A stretch of 64,000 nt of DNA, taken from positions 11,537 through 75,536 of IMG/VR virus record IMGVR_UViG_3300017605_000678; one strand, written 5' to 3'. Shown here in pieces: positions 18,430 through 27,168 of the stretch (its first letter is position 1; every line of letters starts with the position of its first letter). Under the pieces are notes generated by a model. It did not search any database, was not told the origin of the DNA, and saw nothing but the letters and a program-made list of their open reading frames with translations. The translations under genes and the position numbers were made by a program. This DNA comes from a virus.

Positions 18430-18671
18430 AGCGCGCCTCCTCGGTAATCGCCCAGCGCTTGGTCCGGCTGCTCTGAATTAATAAAAAAAGCGCCCTCCTC
18501 CATGCCTGCTCCGAATCCGAGAGCCTCAATCGCCGCGCGCTCCGCGTCGCTCAAGTTGCGCGACCATGCGGCCCAGTACTCGTCCGCCTCGATCAGGGGC
18601 ACATCCGCGCCCGTTGCGAAACCGCGGAGGAACTCCAGGAGGCTGCCGTTTTTGGGAAAGTTGTTGTTCAT
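18426..18671 (-). CDS. Hypothetical protein
   Basis: ATG 18671, coupled to the downstream gene. Confidence 0.5.
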   Translation of the reverse strand: MNNNFPKNGSLLEFLRGFATGADVPLIEADEYWAAWSRNLSDAERAAIEALGFGAGMEEGAFFINSEQPDQALGDYRGGAL

Positions 18672-18679
18672 GGCTCGCC

Positions 18680-18898
18680 TCAAAACATCACACTGGTTGC
18701 GGTTTCCAGCCCATAGTTCCGGATCACTTCGACGCCGTGCCCGGGGAAGCGCACGACCATCACGCTGGCGATCACCGTAGCTTTGTGGCACGTCACGATC
18801 CGCGCGTCCGGAAACTCAGGCGAGAAGTTAAAGGAGCCAGTCCAAAAACCGAAGGTTCCATCCGGAGAGGTTTTTACCACCACAGAATTTTCTTTCAT
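18680..18898 (-). CDS. Hypothetical early protein
   Basis: First gene after regulatory cassette copy A. Confidence 0.6.
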   Translation of the reverse strand: MKENSVVVKTSPDGTFGFWTGSFNFSPEFPDARIVTCHKATVIASVMVVRFPGHGVEVIRNYGLETATSVMF

Positions 18899-18995
18899 TT
18901 TTCGTTCGCCGGGCGGACTTACGGGGTCCGCCGCTCTTTCTGACCAGACTGTCGGCGATCCCCCGTAAGAAGTAAAGAGCTTTTTTGCTCTTTTT
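18899..18995 (-). promoter_or_regulatory. Repeated early cassette, copy A
   Basis: AAAGAG-N8-CTCTTT; TTTACT-N17-GACAGT; hairpin GGCGGAC-CCCGTAA-GTCCGCC; CGAACGAAAA-ATG. Confidence 0.85.
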
Positions 18996-20000
18996 TCACT
19001 TTTCTTTTGAGGCCTCGATCAGGCCATGAATCCAGGCTTGCCAGTCGCTCGCGCCCAGGGTTTCGGCCGTCAACGTCTCCGTGGGCGTCGCCTCGATCAG
19101 CCGGGCAATGTCAGCCGCCGGCAGCAGCTGCTTTTCCCGGATAAACTCCGTCATGGACCCGGGCTTGGGCGTGGCCCCGCGGAAGCCCTTTACGCGCTTG
19201 CGCCAGAGGCCCTCCGTAATCGGCTTGCCGACACCAGCCGGCCAGCCCTTTGACTCCGCGTAGGCCAGATTGCGGCGCGCCACGCGTGCTTCCAGGATGA
19301 CAATGCGGCGCAGCTTGTCGTCCTCCAGGTCGAGCACTTCGGCCGGCTTCATCGCCGTGCAAAAGTAGCAGCTGGACTTGGGCGGTACCGGGAGGCCGGC
19401 CGCGTCGATCTCCGCTTCGCAGCGCTCGCGGTTCCAGCCCCAATCTTGCAGCGGGAACCAGAGGTCGGCCTTGGACGCCTCGTCGGCTGCCATGGCGAAC
19501 GTGTCGCAGTTCCGCTTTGCCCGGCCGCGCTCGTGCGCGGAGTCCTCGAACCCGATCGCCTTGCGGATCTTCACGCCGCGGCGGAGGGCGGCCACGGCCG
19601 GCGCCCAGGTGTCGAGGTAGCGGCTGATCGGCGCGATCTTCCACTTGGCCGAGCACGTATGCGAGCCGTAGGCGATCGAGGGCAAGGTGACGTTCGTTAG
19701 GAGGTTCTCCTCCAGGGTCCGGTACGGCGGGAAATGCTTGAAGTTTTTAGGCTCATACCGAACGACCGTGACGAGCGGCCAGCCGCGCTCGGCAAGCCAT
19801 GCGTTGATCGTCGCCAAGTAGGCCATCGTCGCCGTGCGCTCGGCGCCCACGTCGGCGAAAATGATCAGGTCCGGCCGGATCCCGCGGGCGTAGAGGCCCA
19901 CGAGCACAGCGGTCGAATCGACGCCCAGCCCGTAGCAGACCACGAGCGGGGAAGGAGGCGGAGGCAAAACCTCCGCCCGGTATTCAAGAGACAATTCCAT
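18996..20000 (-). CDS. PAPS-reductase-family (PP-loop) protein 1
   Basis: YGLGVDS, IFADVGAE, CS.KWKI.P, FPL.DWGW.RE.C, PPKSSCYFC. Confidence 0.8.
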   Translation of the reverse strand: MELSLEYRAEVLPPPPSPLVVCYGLGVDSTAVLVGLYARGIRPDLIIFADVGAERTATMAYLATINAWLAERGWPLVTVVRYEPKNFKHFPPYRTLEENLLTNVTLPSIAYGSHTCSAKWKIAPISRYLDTWAPAVAALRRGVKIRKAIGFEDSAHERGRAKRNCDTFAMAADEASKADLWFPLQDWGWNRERCEAEIDAAGLPVPPKSSCYFCTAMKPAEVLDLEDDKLRRIVILEARVARRNLAYAESKGWPAGVGKPITEGLWRKRVKGFRGATPKPGSMTEFIREKQLLPAADIARLIEATPTETLTAETLGASDWQAWIHGLIEASKEK

Positions 20001-20002
20001 AA

Positions 20003-20671
20003 TCAGGCTTGGTAGAAGTAGCCCAGCTCGCGAAGCGAGGAGCGCTTGCCCTCGCCGACCACGACGTGATCCAGCACTTCGATCTTGAGCAGTTGCCCGC
20101 CGCGGATCAAGTCCCGCGTCACTTTGATGTCAGCCTCGCTCGGCGTCGGATCGCCGCTGGGGTGATTGTGCATGAGGATCACGGCCGCGGCATTGTCCAC
20201 GATCGCCGCGCGGAAGACTTCGCGAGGATGAACTAGGATCGTGTCGAGCGTGCCCGTCGAGACGAGCCGGTGGGAGATCGCCCGGCGGCGCGTGTTCAAG
20301 TGGATCACGGCGAAGGATTCCACGTCCGCGTTGAACCACGGAGCGGTCGCGATCTGCTCGCGCCAGTAGGCCGCGGCCTTGTCGGGCGTGTCGATCGTGA
20401 GCGCGTCCGGCGTGCTCGGCGTTTCGCGCAGCGTGACCAGCTTGACCTCGACGGCGTAAGCCGGGCGCGCGGCCTTCGCCGGCTTGGCAACGGGCGCCTC
20501 GAGGGAAACAGGCGCCGGGCTCTCGCTCACCGTCGCCGCGCTCGAGCGACGGACCAGCGTGCGGACCGCGTTGTGAGTGACGCCCGGGAAAAGCGCCAGC
20601 GTGCGCTCGATCAAACCCAGGGCATGGCCGGCGGCGATTTCCGCTCGGATGTAGGAAACGTGAGGCTTCAT
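20003..20671 (-). CDS. radC: RadC-family JAB domain protein
   Basis: VHPREVFRAAI...HNHPSGDPTPSEADI...LDHVVVG, intact JAB metal site; ATG 20671 directly after cassette B. Confidence 0.9.
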   Translation of the reverse strand: MKPHVSYIRAEIAAGHALGLIERTLALFPGVTHNAVRTLVRRSSAATVSESPAPVSLEAPVAKPAKAARPAYAVEVKLVTLRETPSTPDALTIDTPDKAAAYWREQIATAPWFNADVESFAVIHLNTRRRAISHRLVSTGTLDTILVHPREVFRAAIVDNAAAVILMHNHPSGDPTPSEADIKVTRDLIRGGQLLKIEVLDHVVVGEGKRSSLRELGYFYQA

Positions 20672-20771
20672 TTTCGTTCGTTCGTTGGAGCGCCTTACGG
20701 GGGCGGCCCCTCTGTCTGGTCCGACCATCGGCGATCGCCGGCCGGAAGTAAAGAGTTTTTTTGCTCTTTTT
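20672..20771 (-). promoter_or_regulatory. Repeated early cassette, copy B
   Basis: TTTACT-N17-GATGGT; CGCC-CCCGTAA-GGCG hairpin; AACGAACGAACGAAA-ATG. Confidence 0.85.
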
Positions 20772-20803
20772 GAAGATTTCTTTTTGGGCGCTAAGCAGGC
20801 ACT

Positions 20804-20840
20804 AAAAAGGCGGCCACCAGCCCGAGGCCAGCGGCCGCCC
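20804..20840 (-). terminator. Intrinsic terminator between cassettes C and B
   Basis: GGCGGCCGCTGGC-CTCG-GGCTGGTGGCCGCC-TTTTT. Confidence 0.7.
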
Positions 20841-20852
20841 TGGGCCAGCCCC

Positions 20853-21407
20853 CTATGGGGCGAACTCGGCGCCGGGGGCGAATTTGCCGCCCGGGCGGAG
20901 CGCCTTAAGCAGCCATTCTCGGCCCGAGGCGCCGGAGTTATTGAACAGCCATTCCACTTGATCCAGGAGAGTGAGCGCCGCGCCCGTCTTGCGATCCACG
21001 AAACCCCGGGGGTGCGGGCTCGACTGGAGCCATGCACGGGCGTTCGAGTCGGCCAGCAGGGTCTTCAGCGCTTCCGTCACGGCCGCGGCCTTGGCGGCCC
21101 GTTTCTGCGCCTGGGCGGCCCGGTATTCAGGGCTGGTCCGGTAGGCCTTCAGGATCCCCTCGTCCCCGACCTTCTCGATACAGTTGCAGCCCACTTTGGA
21201 GCAACGGCCGTCCGCGCTCTTGATGTGGAATTCCCACTGGATCCCGTTGCCGCAGTAGTCGCAAGTCCCGCCGGGCTTGCGTACGCTGCCGTCTCCGGAG
21301 ACCCAGACGTTCTCGCGGATCCCTACGTAGCGGAAGGGCGCCTTGCCCAGGCCCGCGGCCTCGAACTTGTGCACGCCCACCAGTGTCGCGTCGTCGGTTT
21401 TGCTCAT
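20853..21407 (-). CDS. Zinc-finger early protein
   Basis: AGLGKAPF...CDYCG.GI...VGCNC. Confidence 0.65.
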   Translation of the reverse strand: MSKTDDATLVGVHKFEAAGLGKAPFRYVGIRENVWVSGDGSVRKPGGTCDYCGNGIQWEFHIKSADGRCSKVGCNCIEKVGDEGILKAYRTSPEYRAAQAQKRAAKAAAVTEALKTLLADSNARAWLQSSPHPRGFVDRKTGAALTLLDQVEWLFNNSGASGREWLLKALRPGGKFAPGAEFAP

Positions 21408-21414
21408 AAATGCC

Positions 21415-21630
21415 TTAGTTGTTCTCGATGAACAGGACGTTGCTCACGCTCTTGGACCGGTAGCTTGCGCCGGCCTTCGTGGCCCAACGGCGATCGAAAG
21501 TGACTCCGGACAGCTCGATCTGAGTCGGCCATTGCTCCGGGCTCTTGGGGAACTCCAGATTCGAAGCATGGGCCAGGAGGCTAAAATCTTCGCGCACGCT
21601 GACCTCTTCTTTGGGAATCGTGACTTTCAT
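21415..21630 (-). CDS. Hypothetical early protein
   Basis: First gene after cassette C. Confidence 0.6.
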   Translation of the reverse strand: MKVTIPKEEVSVREDFSLLAHASNLEFPKSPEQWPTQIELSGVTFDRRWATKAGASYRSKSVSNVLFIENN

Positions 21631-21731
21631 TTTTTCTTTCGTTCGTGGGGCGCCTTACGGGGGCGGCCCTTTGTCTGAGAAGACCATCGCCTATTTGCGA
21701 CCAGGAGTAAAGAGCTTTTTTGCTCTTTTTT
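21631..21731 (-). promoter_or_regulatory. Repeated early cassette, copy C
   Basis: TTTACT-N17-GATGGT; CCCGTAA hairpin; ACGAACGAAAGAAAAA-ATG. Confidence 0.85.
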
Positions 21732-21963
21732 CAAATTTCTTTCTGGCCGACAAAACAGCCTCTAACCCAGTAGTTTTGAAGCGACCCGGAGGCCTTCCAC
21801 GGCCACCCGGGCGCCATGACTTAAAGCCATTCTTTAGCCTCTTACGCTCCATAAACTTCCCGTGACAACTCAGGCAATGATTCGCCGTGACGCGCGGTTG
21901 TCCGCATTGCGCGCAGAGTCCGTTTTTAACTTTCTTCAACTGCCACCTTCGTTGTCTCGTCAT
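21691..21963 (-). CDS. Basic zinc-finger protein
   Basis: GLCAQCG...CLSC; follows TerL and its 3' end runs into cassette C. Confidence 0.5.
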   Translation of the reverse strand: MTRQRRWQLKKVKNGLCAQCGQPRVTANHCLSCHGKFMERKRLKNGFKSWRPGGRGRPPGRFKTTGLEAVLSARKKFEKRAKKLFTPGRK

Positions 21964-21967
21964 AAGT

Positions 21968-23434
21968 TTAACCCCGCAGTTTGCGCATTTCTACTCGGCC
22001 AGGAGCCGAGGCAACGAAGTAGCGGAGCGCGTCCGCGGCGTCATCGCCGCCTTCGCCCTCCTCATCCACGTCGACCTTTAGCACGTCCTCCGGATGCTTG
22101 GGGTCGTGCTGCATGAGCGGAAGCTGTTCGAGGAGCAGCTTGCAGCGCTCGTGAATAAAGAGCCGAGGCCGGATCCCGCGGTCCTGATCGCCCAGGCGTT
22201 CTAGGATCGCGCTCCAGCCGTTCACCCGCTCCGTGTTCGCCGGCGTGAGCGGAATCCCGGCCGCGTCGAACTGCTTCGCGACGCTCGTCCCGCTGGTCGG
22301 GTCGTCGGCGAAAACGTCCGTGCCGGCCACGAAGGACCCGAGGTTCGCGCGAGTGAGCAGCGCGCCCGCGGGCGTCTTGTGCCGGGCAATGGCAACGTGG
22401 ATGTGGGCCGCTTGCTGGCTCGGCAGCAGCTCGGCCGCCGCGTGCTCGTCCAGGATCCATTCGTTGCCGTCGGAGTCTTCGCCGCCCAGGAGCGCGACCG
22501 TGAAATGCTTCCGGCCCCAATCGAGCGAGCCGCGCCAGCCCAGGACCCGCTTGTCTTGGTCGCCCGTCACGACGTGCACGTCTTGGCGGAACGTGGTGAA
22601 GTATTGGCCGGCCGCAATGTCCCAATCGCCAAGGCGCCACGCGCGGTGCTTCCAGCCGACCAGCCCGTCGAGGACCCGAACGTAGTCGCGCCGGATGAAC
22701 CGATTGTCGTCGACCGTCGAGGGAATGAAGCGGGTCGTTGTCTCGCGGCCGGCCCGGAAGGGCAGAATGAACTTTGCGCGAAAGTGGGCGTGCCCAACTC
22801 CGCCGGGGTTGGTCGAGTAGTAGATCCGCGCGCGCCAGCCGTCCTTGCTCGTGCGGCAAGTCGTCGTGATGTCGCGGATCTTTCCGCTCGTGAGCGTGGT
22901 CGCCTCCTCGATCAGGATCAGGTCGTATTCCAGCCCGAGGTAAGTATCAATGTCCCGCTCGTGCTGGAAGTGGCCGGCAAAGATTTTCGAGCCGTTGGCG
23001 AAAGTCAGCTGGCCCCCGCCGCGGTTCGTGAAAGTATGCTCGAGCGAGGAGAACAGGCGCAGCCGAAGATCTTGGAAGTGCTCCAGGTTGGCCTTGCCGA
23101 CTTTGCGCAGCAGCAAAACCTTCAACCCCGGGAAGCGCTGGCAGTCGTCGGCGCCGGCCTGGGCCAAGAGCACGTACGACTTGCCTCCGCCGCGCGCGCC
23201 GCCAAAGCCAATCTCGAAAGGGCCGTCTGGCCGATCGCACGCGCGAGCCGCCGCGGCAAACTTCAGCTGCTTCGGTTGGAGCGCCAGCCCGGCCCGAGTG
23301 AAGTTTTGGATTTGCTCGCGCGGACAGCCGGCCGCGTGGATCGCCCGGATGTATTCAGCCTCCAGCCGCGCTCGCAGGGCCGGATCAATTCCGGTCGGCC
23401 GCACCGGCGGCTGGAGCGTCGTCTCTTGGGGCAT
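21968..23434 (-). CDS. terL: Terminase large subunit
   Basis: Walker A GGARGGGKS, Walker B LILIEEA, STNPGG, nuclease SLDWG and DDAADALRY. Confidence 0.95.
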   Translation of the reverse strand: MPQETTLQPPVRPTGIDPALRARLEAEYIRAIHAAGCPREQIQNFTRAGLALQPKQLKFAAAARACDRPDGPFEIGFGGARGGGKSYVLLAQAGADDCQRFPGLKVLLLRKVGKANLEHFQDLRLRLFSSLEHTFTNRGGGQLTFANGSKIFAGHFQHERDIDTYLGLEYDLILIEEATTLTSGKIRDITTTCRTSKDGWRARIYYSTNPGGVGHAHFRAKFILPFRAGRETTTRFIPSTVDDNRFIRRDYVRVLDGLVGWKHRAWRLGDWDIAAGQYFTTFRQDVHVVTGDQDKRVLGWRGSLDWGRKHFTVALLGGEDSDGNEWILDEHAAAELLPSQQAAHIHVAIARHKTPAGALLTRANLGSFVAGTDVFADDPTSGTSVAKQFDAAGIPLTPANTERVNGWSAILERLGDQDRGIRPRLFIHERCKLLLEQLPLMQHDPKHPEDVLKVDVDEEGEGGDDAADALRYFVASAPGRVEMRKLRG

Positions 23435-23990
23435 AGGATTTTAAAAGCGCCTCTTCGAAGGAATGCACGAGCACGGGCCCGCCCTGGGGACCGCTGATCT
23501 CCGTGCGGACCGGAGTGTCGAGGCCCAGCAGCTCGCAGCGCCGCTTGATACACTGAAGAATAATCTGCAAGTAAATGGCCGCGCCGCCCGTGTCACGGAC
23601 CACCATCGCCCGCTTCAGCTCGGCGGCCGCCGCGCGCTTGGCTTTGCGCGGAAGCGCGCCCGTGCGTTGCTCCGTCGTCGTGCGAACGCGCTCCTTCAGA
23701 AAGGCATCGTGCGCGAGGCGCTCGACGTTATTGATCGCCATGACCTCGCGGGCCCGTTGCGTGACCAAGTGATCCTTCTGCTCCTCCTGCAGCCGGCCGA
23801 TCAACTCCTGGACGTCGAGGTACACTTGCGAGCGTGAGATCGAATAGTCGCGCGTCGCGCTCACTGCCTCGGCGATCTGCTGGAGCGTCTTGCGCTCGCA
23901 GTAGAGGCGCGCGATCAAGGTCAGGTCGACCTCGCGTTGCACGACGTTTCGCTTGTGCGCAAATTTGGACGGACCACCCAGCTTGGCCAT
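23385..23990 (-). CDS. terS: Terminase small subunit
   Basis: HTH, R.ELLGLD.P...EISGPQGGP; directly upstream of TerL. Confidence 0.75.
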   Translation of the reverse strand: MAKLGGPSKFAHKRNVVQREVDLTLIARLYCERKTLQQIAEAVSATRDYSISRSQVYLDVQELIGRLQEEQKDHLVTQRAREVMAINNVERLAHDAFLKERVRTTTEQRTGALPRKAKRAAAAELKRAMVVRDTGGAAIYLQIILQCIKRRCELLGLDTPVRTEISGPQGGPVLVHSFEEALLKSYAPRDDAPAAGAADRN

Positions 23991-23994
23991 AATT

Positions 23995-25326
23995 TCAGGA
24001 TTTGAGTTTAGGTACCAACAGCTCCGGCTCTTGTCCCGTGTGCTCGGCCCAGCGCTCGAGCACGACCGCAACGTAGGCCGGGTCGATCTCGACGCCGTAG
24101 CAGACGCGGTCGAGGTTCTCGCAGGCGATCAGCGTCGAGCCCGAGCCCAGGAATCCGTCGAACACGAGGGCGCCCGGCTTGCTGCTGTGCCGGATCGCGT
24201 GCGCCGGAACTTCGATCGGTTTCTCGGTCGGGTGCTCCGTCTCGCGAGTCTTGGCGATCGTCCAGACGGACAGCGCGTGGCCCTCGTCCGGGAAATTGAA
24301 CGTGTGCTTTCCGCGCGTGGCGTAAGCGATCAACTCCGTGCTCCAGGTCCAATGACGTTTCGTGAGCGAGGGCATCGGCGCCGGCTTGCTGAAGACGCAA
24401 TACGAGAAGTGATCGGACCAAGTGGCCATCCATGCCCAGATCTCGCCGGCCAGATGATGGCTCGTGCAAACGTAGACCGTCACGTCGTCGGCCATTGGCA
24501 GCGCGCGCATGAACTGGCCGGGCTTGAAATCCTTGTCCCACTTGGCCGCCTTCAGGCCGGCCATGGCCGGACTCCAGGCCGCGGCGATCAGTCCGTTTTT
24601 CCCTGCGAGATTGTATGGCGGGTCCGTGAACACGATGTCGGCCTTGTTGCCGCGCATGAACGCGTTCAGCTCCTCGGGCTTGCTGGAATCGCCGCACCAG
24701 ACCCGGTGCTGCTCGAGGGCCCAGACTTGGCCGGGCTTTGTGCGCCACTTCTTTTGCAGAGCCAGCGCCTCGGCCGTGCGCGGCTCCGTCTCTTTCTCGC
24801 AAGTGCGCGCGTCGTGGGCGTCGGCCAGGAGCCGGCGCAGCTCGTCGCCGGAGATCCCCGTGATTGGGTCCATGTCGGCCACTTCGGCGAGCAGCTGGGC
24901 CAGCAGCGCGTCGTCGTCGGCGCCGTTCTGGTAGTTGCCGCTCACGAGGCGCGCCAAGTGGGTCGGCTCGTCATAATTCACCACCACGCAATCGGCCGAA
25001 GAAAAGCCCAGCTCCGCCAGCACTTTTGCGCGTAAATGCCCAGAAACTAGGAGCCCGTTGCGCCGGTTCCACACCAGGGGATCGAAGTAATCGTGCTGGA
25101 GTGAATCTCGCAGGGCGCTCCATTCCGGCGAGCCGGGCTCGGGGTGCTGGCGCGGATTGCGAGGGTGAGGCTTGAGCCGGGCCAGCTCGAGGCGCTCGAT
25201 CGTGAGCGTTGCAGATTTGGATTCCGGCCGCGCGCGCCGGACGCGGCCGGGAGGAGTAGAAGGCCGCGCGGCGGTCCCGTTGGCGGAGCGGCCGGCCGAA
25301 CGGAGCGAGGGTTTCGAGCGAGGCAT
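23995..25326 (-). CDS. ParB-like N-terminal domain fused to DNA methyltransferase
   Basis: PHPRNPR..LVSGHLR; HRVWCGDS, TDPPY, HPTEKP, DGFLGSGSTL. Confidence 0.9.
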   Translation of the reverse strand: MPRSKPSLRSAGRSANGTAARPSTPPGRVRRARPESKSATLTIERLELARLKPHPRNPRQHPEPGSPEWSALRDSLQHDYFDPLVWNRRNGLLVSGHLRAKVLAELGFSSADCVVVNYDEPTHLARLVSGNYQNGADDDALLAQLLAEVADMDPITGISGDELRRLLADAHDARTCEKETEPRTAEALALQKKWRTKPGQVWALEQHRVWCGDSSKPEELNAFMRGNKADIVFTDPPYNLAGKNGLIAAAWSPAMAGLKAAKWDKDFKPGQFMRALPMADDVTVYVCTSHHLAGEIWAWMATWSDHFSYCVFSKPAPMPSLTKRHWTWSTELIAYATRGKHTFNFPDEGHALSVWTIAKTRETEHPTEKPIEVPAHAIRHSSKPGALVFDGFLGSGSTLIACENLDRVCYGVEIDPAYVAVVLERWAEHTGQEPELLVPKLKS

Positions 25327-25431
25327 TGCGCCGCCCGTTGTATCGGGCCAGGGCCAGCCGGTCAAGGTCGCTCGCGCAGGCGCCAGAAACGGCGCACGCC
25401 CCAGGCGTCGCCCTCCGTGTAGCGGAGCCCG

Positions 25432-25683
25432 TCACGGTAAGGGCCCGTCGTCGTCGAAATTATCCTCATCCCTTTCGCAGTCCTCGCAGCCTGGGCATTC
25501 AACTTCTCCGTGATTATGGCAGACGCAAAAGTCGCCACCGCAATAACAGGCAATTGAGCCAAGACCGCCGCACGAGCCGCGAACGGGCTGGAATAATTGG
25601 GCAACTGTGCCACTCGCCCCGCACCAGCATTGCACCACGTCGTTGCAGGGATCCTTCTCTTCGATTTTCTTGTTCTCGCTCAC
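25432..25683 (-). CDS. Cys-rich hypothetical protein
   Basis: CWCG..CGGLG..CYCGGDFCVCHNHGEVECPGCEDC. Confidence 0.55.
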   Translation of the reverse strand: MSENKKIEEKDPCNDVVQCWCGASGTVAQLFQPVRGSCGGLGSIACYCGGDFCVCHNHGEVECPGCEDCERDEDNFDDDGPLP

Positions 25684-26024
25684 TTGAAAGCCTCGGCGCG
25701 CAGCCGCTGGAGCCCGTCGCGCAGCTCCTCGACCCGCTCCGTGATGATTGAGTGCGGACGCTCGACGGCGGAGGCTCGGAATGCTTCCAGCGCGCCCAGC
25801 GCATAGATCAGCACGTCCAGGTCCTCGACGGTGGCCAGGATGGCCACCTTGCTTTTGTCTTCCAGAGAATTGAGCAGCTGCCGTTCAATCACTGGGCGCG
25901 TTGTCTTTTCGATTTTCATAGAGTTTTCGCGTGCCTGATCGCCGAGACCACTTGCTACCTTAGAAAGCCACCAGATCAGGAGTAAAACAAACGCTGCCGG
26001 ATAAAGGAAATCGGCCGCGCTCAT
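25680..26024 (-). CDS. Hypothetical membrane-anchored protein
   Basis: ATGA-coupled start, N-terminal TM. Confidence 0.45.
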   Translation of the reverse strand: MSAADFLYPAAFVLLLIWWLSKVASGLGDQARENSMKIEKTTRPVIERQLLNSLEDKSKVAILATVEDLDVLIYALGALEAFRASAVERPHSIITERVEELRDGLQRLRAEAFK

Positions 26025-26215
26025 GGCGTTAGAGAAGTGAGCAGTCCCGCAAAAGCGACCCACTTCGTGGTTCGTGCACTTCCCTCCCAATAGCTGACCA
26101 GGAGGGCTTTCTTTCTCTCGTTCTTGGCGACGACGAACCAAAGCCGGCCGTCGAACTGGAAAGAGTCGCCGAGTTTGATCTCGTGGAAAGTCGGCAGGCT
26201 GTATTTTTCGCTCAT
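26021..26215 (-). CDS. Hypothetical protein
   Basis: MSEKYSLP, coupled stop/start. Confidence 0.45.
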   Translation of the reverse strand: MSEKYSLPTFHEIKLGDSFQFDGRLWFVVAKNERKKALLVSYWEGSARTTKWVAFAGLLTSLTP

Positions 26216-26219
26216 GGCT

Positions 26220-26441
26220 TCAATTGCCAGGATTTGCCGGCGGAGAGTTTTTGAAATAGTCGATCCGACGCGCGTGCCTCGCCTTGTAAGCCAGGAAAAT
26301 TTCCCGCTGTCCATGCTCGCCTGAGGACCAGCGGCTCCAGCACTCGGCACAAAGCAAAAGACCGTCCTGGCCAGCGCAAGGAACTTTCAAAATGTACGTC
26401 CCAGGGCGGTCCGGATGTTGAAAGCAAAGTTTCGCGCTCAT
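26220..26441 (-). CDS. Hypothetical zinc-binding protein
   Basis: C..HP...LCAEC. Confidence 0.45.
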   Translation of the reverse strand: MSAKLCFQHPDRPGTYILKVPCAGQDGLLLCAECWSRWSSGEHGQREIFLAYKARHARRIDYFKNSPPANPGN

Positions 26442-26956
26442 GGCTTGTGCCTCATTTGCCAGGGCTGAGAGTTTGAGCCGTTCGGATCTGGGCGCCATTC
26501 CCATTTCTCGACGTCGAAGAACCAGCCCGGAGGATACGGTACCTCGTGCGGCGTCCGCAGCTCGCCCGGGTCGCGCCCGAGGACCGTGCCCGCGGGCAAC
26601 GGCGGAATAGGCGGATGTCGCTCGATCGGCAAATCGGGGATCCCATTGTCGAGCGCCTCGATTTTGAACTGGGAATGATTTAAACGATTCGAATACGTGA
26701 CGGAGTTTGAGGAGCGCTCGACCCACACGCCGGGCCCGACCATGACGTGGTCCCCGGGCCGGCAGAGAAATAGCGCGTTGCTCATGCCCACGGCGTCCGA
26801 GGAGTTGACGTGGATCACGCGGAACGGCTCGGTCGACTCCTTGGCAGAATCGACTTGTGAGCGCCAGCCTAGGAACACGCCGGCGCCGAGGCCGAACAGG
26901 ACAAGGCCAAGACCCAGGCAGATCCAGAAAACGTCTTTTGCATGATTGTGGTTCAT
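26438..26956 (-). CDS. Hypothetical membrane protein
   Basis: TM FWICLGLGLVLFGLGAGVFLGW. Confidence 0.5.
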   Translation of the reverse strand: MNHNHAKDVFWICLGLGLVLFGLGAGVFLGWRSQVDSAKESTEPFRVIHVNSSDAVGMSNALFLCRPGDHVMVGPGVWVERSSNSVTYSNRLNHSQFKIEALDNGIPDLPIERHPPIPPLPAGTVLGRDPGELRTPHEVPYPPGWFFDVEKWEWRPDPNGSNSQPWQMRHKP

Positions 26957-27168
26957 TTTGTTTTCCCTTCGTTTCCGCACATCCAGCAGCGTTTTTGCCG
27001 CGGTCGGCCCGCGCTCTGTTTGGCGACCAGCTCGTGGCCGCATTCCAAAAAATAGCGCCTGCTTCCGCCCCAACTCCATGGACCGACCTTTCTGTCGTGA
27101 TCCACTGTCTTGACGATTTTGCGGAGCGGGTGCGGCGTCGGCCGCCAGATAGTTTCTTGGTCAGTCAT
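26953..27168 (-). CDS. Hypothetical zinc-finger protein
   Basis: LECGH...RCWMC. Confidence 0.55.
   Translation of the reverse strand: MTDQETIWRPTPHPLRKIVKTVDHDRKVGPWSWGGSRRYFLECGHELVAKQSAGRPRQKRCWMCGNEGKTK

Noticed and set aside
17641-20000. Complete Dnd/Ssp phosphorothioation system or sulfate-assimilation cysH
   Set aside because: Only PP-loop proteins are present; no partner dnd/ssp or cys genes were recognised
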